IMG/VR virus record: IMGVR_UViG_2869947659_000001
DNA: 22,011 nt
Strand: one strand, 5' to 3'
Source: a virus
Lineage: Duplodnaviria > Heunggongvirae > Uroviricota > Caudoviricetes
Part shown: positions 17,587-22,011 of the stretch, piece by piece
How positions within the stretch are numbered: the first letter of the stretch is position 1
How the letters are laid out: every line of letters begins with the position of its first letter
Notes under the pieces: model-generated
Database searches by the model: none
Told to the model about the DNA's origin: nothing
What the model saw: the letters and a program-made list of their open reading frames with translations, nothing else
Position numbers and translations under genes: made by a program

Positions 17587-18134
17587 AAGGTCAGTGTGGT
17601 GGTTGCTCCCGCTTTGACACTGACAGATGCCGGTGCCACCGTCAGTCCGGTAACACCCACGGTTTCAGCGCCCTCCTCTGCCAGATACGGACGCCCCACA
17701 CCGCTGATTTTTACAGTACGGGTCATCACCTCTTTTGAGGTAATGGTTTTACCCAGTGAACTCAGCCAGCCACGGAAAACATCAACCGTACCGTTGGGGT
17801 ATTTGATACGAAACGCGCAGACTTCACCGGAATCGAACAACTGAACCAGTTTTTTCTGCCCGCTGTCACCCGGACGCCAGGCCAGCGTCGCCAAAGTATC
17901 ACCGACGGATTTCTGCCCCTGGGTTGTCGTTTTCCAGTCTGCATCTTCATCATCGAGATAAGTGTCATCTTCTGCATCAGCGGTCATTTCGCCAAGTTGC
18001 AGATCCTTCACCATCGCAAGACGCAGCCAGTCAGTGTCCGACAAAGGGTTCGCAAACGCATCGCCCTTGCCGGTGTACATCCAGAACGTCGTTCCCGCAC
18101 CTTTCGTCTTTGCCAGTGGATTTGGTGTGGTCAT
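17587..18134 (-). pseudogene. V: Major tail protein V, N-terminal fragment
   Basis: ATG 18132-18134 with [46 protein letters not shown]... matches the recalled lambda gpV N-terminus. The frame runs 12 nt into IS600 to TGA 17574-17576. The track ORF starts at an upstream GTG. Confidence 0.85.
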
Positions 18135-18144
18135 TGCCACCTCC

Positions 18145-18546
18145 TTAATTCGTGTACGTGATCTGGTACGTGATTTCCGCCATCGCCCAGGTGGCCATCT
18201 CATTATCACGTTGATAGTTAAAACCGAGTGGGATCATGGTGTCGATGAGTCCGGAAAGCACCGGAATATCCTTCATGGCCGGAAATATGGTGTTCTCCAT
18301 CCACGTATCCAGCTCAGAATCCGGCGCCTGTGCACGGACGAAAACGGCAATATGCAGAACAGCCTGCCAGTCGTCCTCATCCGTCATTTTTCCGGTGTAC
18401 TGCGCATCACTCAGCCACACCGCCACGGCGGGCAGTTCCTGCGCATCAATAAATGCCGGAAGCCCGTCAAAAAGCACGACATTCCCCCCGCATTCGCCCT
18501 TCAGGCTTGCCAGTACTGCCTGGCGGATTTGTGTGTGCCTGTTCAT
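18145..18546 (-). CDS. U: Tail terminator / minor tail protein U (133 aa)
   Basis: [18 protein letters not shown]...[15 protein letters not shown]...[21 protein letters not shown]... resembles recalled lambda gpU. ATGA overlap with the Z stop. Confidence 0.9.
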   Translation of the reverse strand: MNRHTQIRQAVLASLKGECGGNVVLFDGLPAFIDAQELPAVAVWLSDAQYTGKMTDEDDWQAVLHIAVFVRAQAPDSELDTWMENTIFPAMKDIPVLSGLIDTMIPLGFNYQRDNEMATWAMAEITYQITYTN

Positions 18547-19130
18547 CCCAAATGTATCCTCAGTTGCTGTTTCAGGGCATACCCCAGCTGTTTCGGCATT
18601 TCCGCGGCAATGATGCGGTCGCGGGCATCCTCAAATGCCTGTGTCAGCGGTCCGGCCAGCGGAATTTTCACAACCTCCACGGGCAGACGATTTTTTCTGG
18701 GCCGCCCCTTACTGTCCTTTCCTGTTTCAAAACACGCTTCAGGAAGACGCCTGAGAACATGCCAGCGACCGTTCGCCAGCTGCTGGATAAACGCACCACG
18801 AAAAAAGTATTTCCCCACCTTCAGTCCGTCACCGGCACGCCGGCATGTTGTGCCAAGCTTAATGGCGGGCAGATTGCCCCGGTTAACACGGATACGGGCA
18901 TACATTTTTCCTGCCGGACTGGCTTTAAATACCCGGACGCGCTGACGCACCAGTTTCAGGGGGCCCCCCTTCACCTGGTTATCTCCCGCAACGGTATTCC
19001 TGGCGACCTGCCGGGTGGCAACCGAGACAACTTTTGCAGCAACCCGGTTTACTGCCCATGCGCTGGCCTGCGGCACCATACGGGTATCAAGACTGTTCAG
19101 ATTGCGGATGGCATTCTCAAGCCCCCTCAT
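18543..19130 (-). CDS. Z: Tail completion protein Z (195 aa)
   Basis: MRGLENAIRNL...GAFIQQLANGRWHVLRRL...VVKIPLAGPLTQAF...[17 protein letters not shown] resembles recalled lambda gpZ. SD GGGGGA upstream of ATG 19128-19130. Confidence 0.9.
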   Translation of the reverse strand: MRGLENAIRNLNSLDTRMVPQASAWAVNRVAAKVVSVATRQVARNTVAGDNQVKGGPLKLVRQRVRVFKASPAGKMYARIRVNRGNLPAIKLGTTCRRAGDGLKVGKYFFRGAFIQQLANGRWHVLRRLPEACFETGKDSKGRPRKNRLPVEVVKIPLAGPLTQAFEDARDRIIAAEMPKQLGYALKQQLRIHLG

Positions 19131-19275
19131 AATATCCCCCTGCCCTTACGTTTCCTGCTCCTTCACGCCGCAACCGGATATAACTACATCCGCCGTCATC
19201 AGGAGTAATACGATCCACGCTGAAAGACTCCCGGCCAATCATCAGCGAATCATTGCGACACAGCTGTAAAATATC
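19117..19275 (-). pseudogene. FII: Tail attachment protein FII, 3' remnant (52 codons); 5' part removed at the IS66-family junction
   Basis: DILQLCRNDSLMIGRESFSVDRITPDDGGCSYIRLRREG... aligns with recalled lambda FII (...EVRQLRRGDTLTIGEENFWVDRVSPDDGGSCHLWLGRG). Homology stops exactly at 19275. Upstream in-frame residues (MRRSVYAY) are encoded by the IS terminal repeat. Confidence 0.7.
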
Positions 19276-19361
19276 GTAAGCGTAAACTGACCGCCGCATG
19301 TAGCCATTAAGCCTGTATTGGTAACGTAGGTGCCCACCTTTTCAACTAGTGGACACCTGTT

Positions 19362-19781
19362 ATGGAACAGAAAGCATTATCTGCAGAACCCCGCAGATCA
19401 TTTTCAAATGAGTTTAAACTTCAAATGGTTAAACTGGCTTCACAACCAGGAGCCTCTGTTGCCCGTATTGCCCGGGAACACGATATCAATGATAACCTGC
19501 TGTTCAAATGGCTCAGGCTCTGGCAGAACGAAGGGCGCATATCGCGGCGTCTTCCGGTAACAACCTCTTCTGACACTGGCGTTGAATTATTACCTGTGGA
19601 GATAACGCCGGATGAGCCGAAAGAACCTGTGGCTGCTCTTACTCCGTCTTTATCTACTCAGACTACAGTTAGTGCCAGCTCCTGCAAGGTGGAGTTCCGT
19701 CACGGTAACATGACGCTGGAAAATCCTTCACCAGAGCTGCTCACAGTGTTGATCCGTGAACTGACCGGGAGGGGACGATGA
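19362..19781 (+). CDS. IS66-family Orf1 (TnpA-like accessory protein, 139 aa)
   Basis: First of three co-oriented ORFs inside the inverted repeats. N-terminal HTH-like region (FSNEFKLQMVKLASQPGASVARIAREHDINDNLLFKWL). Confidence 0.85.
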   Translation: MEQKALSAEPRRSFSNEFKLQMVKLASQPGASVARIAREHDINDNLLFKWLRLWQNEGRISRRLPVTTSSDTGVELLPVEITPDEPKEPVAALTPSLSTQTTVSASSCKVEFRHGNMTLENPSPELLTVLIRELTGRGR

Positions 19782-20128
19782 TCTCACTCCCGTCAGGCAC
19801 CCGCATCTGGCTCGTTGCTGGGATAACCGATATGCGTAAGTCTTTCAACGGGCTGGGTGAACAGGTACAGCATGTGCTGAATGATAATCCCTTCTCCGGT
19901 CACCTGTTCATCTTCCGTGGCCGACGGGGTGACATGATTAAAATCCTGTGGGCTGATGCTGATGGTCTGTGCCTGTTCACCAGACGCCTGGAGGAAGGCC
20001 AGTTTATCTGGCCTGCTGTGCGTGACGGCAAGGTATCCATTACCCGCTCGCAACTGGCAATGCACCTCGATAAGCTGGACTGGCGTCAGCCAAAAACATC
20101 CCGCCTTAATGCACTGACAATGTTGTAA
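19778..20128 (+). CDS. IS66-family Orf2 (TnpB-like, 116 aa)
   Basis: ATGA overlap with orf1. Conserved IS66 Orf2 pattern (IWLVAGITDMRKSFNGL...HLFIFRGRRGDMIKILWADADGLCLF). Confidence 0.85.
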   Translation: MISLPSGTRIWLVAGITDMRKSFNGLGEQVQHVLNDNPFSGHLFIFRGRRGDMIKILWADADGLCLFTRRLEEGQFIWPAVRDGKVSITRSQLAMHLDKLDWRQPKTSRLNALTML

Positions 20129-20158
20129 AAATGTCATGGCCGGATTATAAAAACGGCC

Positions 20159-21751
20159 ATGAATCAAAAATACCTCATTCGCATTGCAGAACTGGAATGC
20201 CAGCTCCGTCAGAAAGACCAGCAACTGAGTCTGGTTGAAGAGACGGAGGCCTTCCTGCGCTCTGCACTGGCCCGCGCCGAAGAAAAGATCGAAGAAGATG
20301 AACGGGAAATAGAACATCTGCGGGCTCAGATAGAAAAACTGCGCCGGATGCTGTTCGGTACCCGTTCTGAAAAACTGCGTCGTGAAGTTGAACAGGCTGA
20401 GGCCCTGCTGAAACAACGCGAACAGGACAGTGATCGTTACAGTGGGCGGGAAGACGATCCGCAGGTTCCCCGCCAGTTGCGACAGTCTCGTCATCGTCGC
20501 CCGTTACCGGAGCATCTGCCCCGCGAAATAAATCGCCTGGAGCCAGAAGAAAGCTGTTGCCCGGAGTGTGGCGGTGAGCTGGATTATCTGGGGGAAGTCA
20601 GCGCAGAACAACTGGAACTGGTGAGCAGCGCTCTGAAAGTGATCCGCACAGAACGGGTAAAAAAAGCCTGTACAAAATGTGACTGCATCGTTGAAGCACC
20701 GGCACTATCCCGTCCGATAGAGCGTGGTATCGCGGGCCCGGGGTTACTTGCCCGCGTGTTAACGGGAAAATACTGCGAACACCTGCCACTGTATCGTCAG
20801 AGTGAAATTTTTGCCCGTCAGGGTGTCGAACTGAGCCGTGCATTACTCTCCAACTGGGTTGACGCGTGCTGCCAGTTAATGACGCCGCTGAATGATGCTC
20901 TGTACCGTTATGTAATGAACAGCCGCAAAGTTCACACTGATGACACACCAGTAAAAGTGCTGGCACCGGGCAGGAAGAAGGCGAAAACAGGATATATCTG
21001 GACGTATGTCCGGGATGACAGGAATGCCGGTTCGCCAGAGCCTCCGGCGGTCTGGTTCGCCTACTCACCGGACCATCAGGGTAAACATCCGGAGCAGCAC
21101 CTTAGTCCCTTCCGGGGTATCCTGCAGGCAGATGCGTTTAATGGTTACGATCGGCTGTTCAGTGCCGAACGAGAAGGCGGCGCGTTGACGGAAGCAGGAT
21201 GCTGGGCTCATGCGCGGCGCAAAGTCCACGATGTATATATCAGTACCAAAAGCGCGACAGCGGAAGAAGCCCTGAAACTAATCGGTGAGCTGTACGCCAT
21301 CGAGCACGAAATACGCGGGTTGCCGGTGTCTGAACGCCTGGCGGTCAGGCAAATGCAGAGTAAACCGCTACTGACTTCCCTGTATAAGCTGATGCAGGAG
21401 AAAGAACACACGTTATCGAAAAAATGCCGTCTGAGAGATGCGTTCCGGTATATCAGGAAGCACTGGGTTGCGTTGTGCAACTTCAGTGATGATGGTCTGG
21501 CTGAGGCGGATAATAATGCCGCGGAAAGAGCGCTTCGTGCAGTCTGTCTCGGAAAGAAAAACTTTATGTTCTTCGGCAGCGATCACGGTGGAGAGCGTGG
21601 TGCGCTACTGTACGGGCTGATCGGCACCTGCCGACTGAACGGTATCGATCCGGAAGCGTATCTGCGCTATATCCTGAGCGTACTGCCGGAATGGCCTTCC
21701 AACCGTGTTGACGAACTCCTGCTATGGAACGTAGCACTCACCAATAAATAA
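20159..21751 (+). CDS. IS66-family transposase Orf3 (TnpC, 530 aa)
   Basis: N-terminal coiled-coil / leucine-zipper region, Cys cluster CPECGGEL...CTKCDC (zinc-finger-like) and C-terminal DDE-type region. Stop TAA 21749-21751 lies just inside the right terminal repeat. Confidence 0.9.
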   Translation: MNQKYLIRIAELECQLRQKDQQLSLVEETEAFLRSALARAEEKIEEDEREIEHLRAQIEKLRRMLFGTRSEKLRREVEQAEALLKQREQDSDRYSGREDDPQVPRQLRQSRHRRPLPEHLPREINRLEPEESCCPECGGELDYLGEVSAEQLELVSSALKVIRTERVKKACTKCDCIVEAPALSRPIERGIAGPGLLARVLTGKYCEHLPLYRQSEIFARQGVELSRALLSNWVDACCQLMTPLNDALYRYVMNSRKVHTDDTPVKVLAPGRKKAKTGYIWTYVRDDRNAGSPEPPAVWFAYSPDHQGKHPEQHLSPFRGILQADAFNGYDRLFSAEREGGALTEAGCWAHARRKVHDVYISTKSATAEEALKLIGELYAIEHEIRGLPVSERLAVRQMQSKPLLTSLYKLMQEKEHTLSKKCRLRDAFRYIRKHWVALCNFSDDGLAEADNNAAERALRAVCLGKKNFMFFGSDHGGERGALLYGLIGTCRLNGIDPEAYLRYILSVLPEWPSNRVDELLLWNVALTNK

Positions 21752-21774
21752 GCGTCAATACGGTGCTCCGTTGA

Positions 21775-22011
<237 letters not shown>

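Noticed and set aside
17962-19208. Plus-strand ORFs of 327 aa and 251 aa
   Set aside because: Antisense to V, U and Z, which are supported by homology and translational coupling (ATGA overlaps).

Overview
This window is the tail module of a decayed lambdoid prophage, with gene order FII(remnant)-Z-U-V-G-T-H-M-L-K-I-J-lom-stf-tfa, all on the minus strand. It ends at a convergent, window-truncated ipaH type III effector gene on the plus strand (1-1125). The combination of ipaH with IS600 and IS629 suggests a Shigella-type genome; this is inference from recalled protein families, not a database hit. The prophage is crippled by insertion sequences: one IS600 copy (16324-17586) splits the major tail gene V, a second IS600 copy carrying a nested IS629 (11035-13610) splits the tape measure gene H, and an IS66-family element (19276-21781) cuts FII and abuts an unrelated IS3-family transposase fragment, so the head/packaging module is missing. 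Three further single-base frame problems all sit in homopolymers: an A9 run in tfa, a C5 run in T, and an A6 versus A7 frameshift window between the two IS600 copies. Strong intrinsic-terminator-like hairpins lie after tfa, lom and J, and inside the tail operon between V and G and between I and J. I found no CRISPR array, tRNA/rRNA gene, or recognisable defence or toxin system; the long plus-strand ORFs inside tail genes are antisense artefacts. All gene and element names rest on recalled homology and should be confirmed by search.
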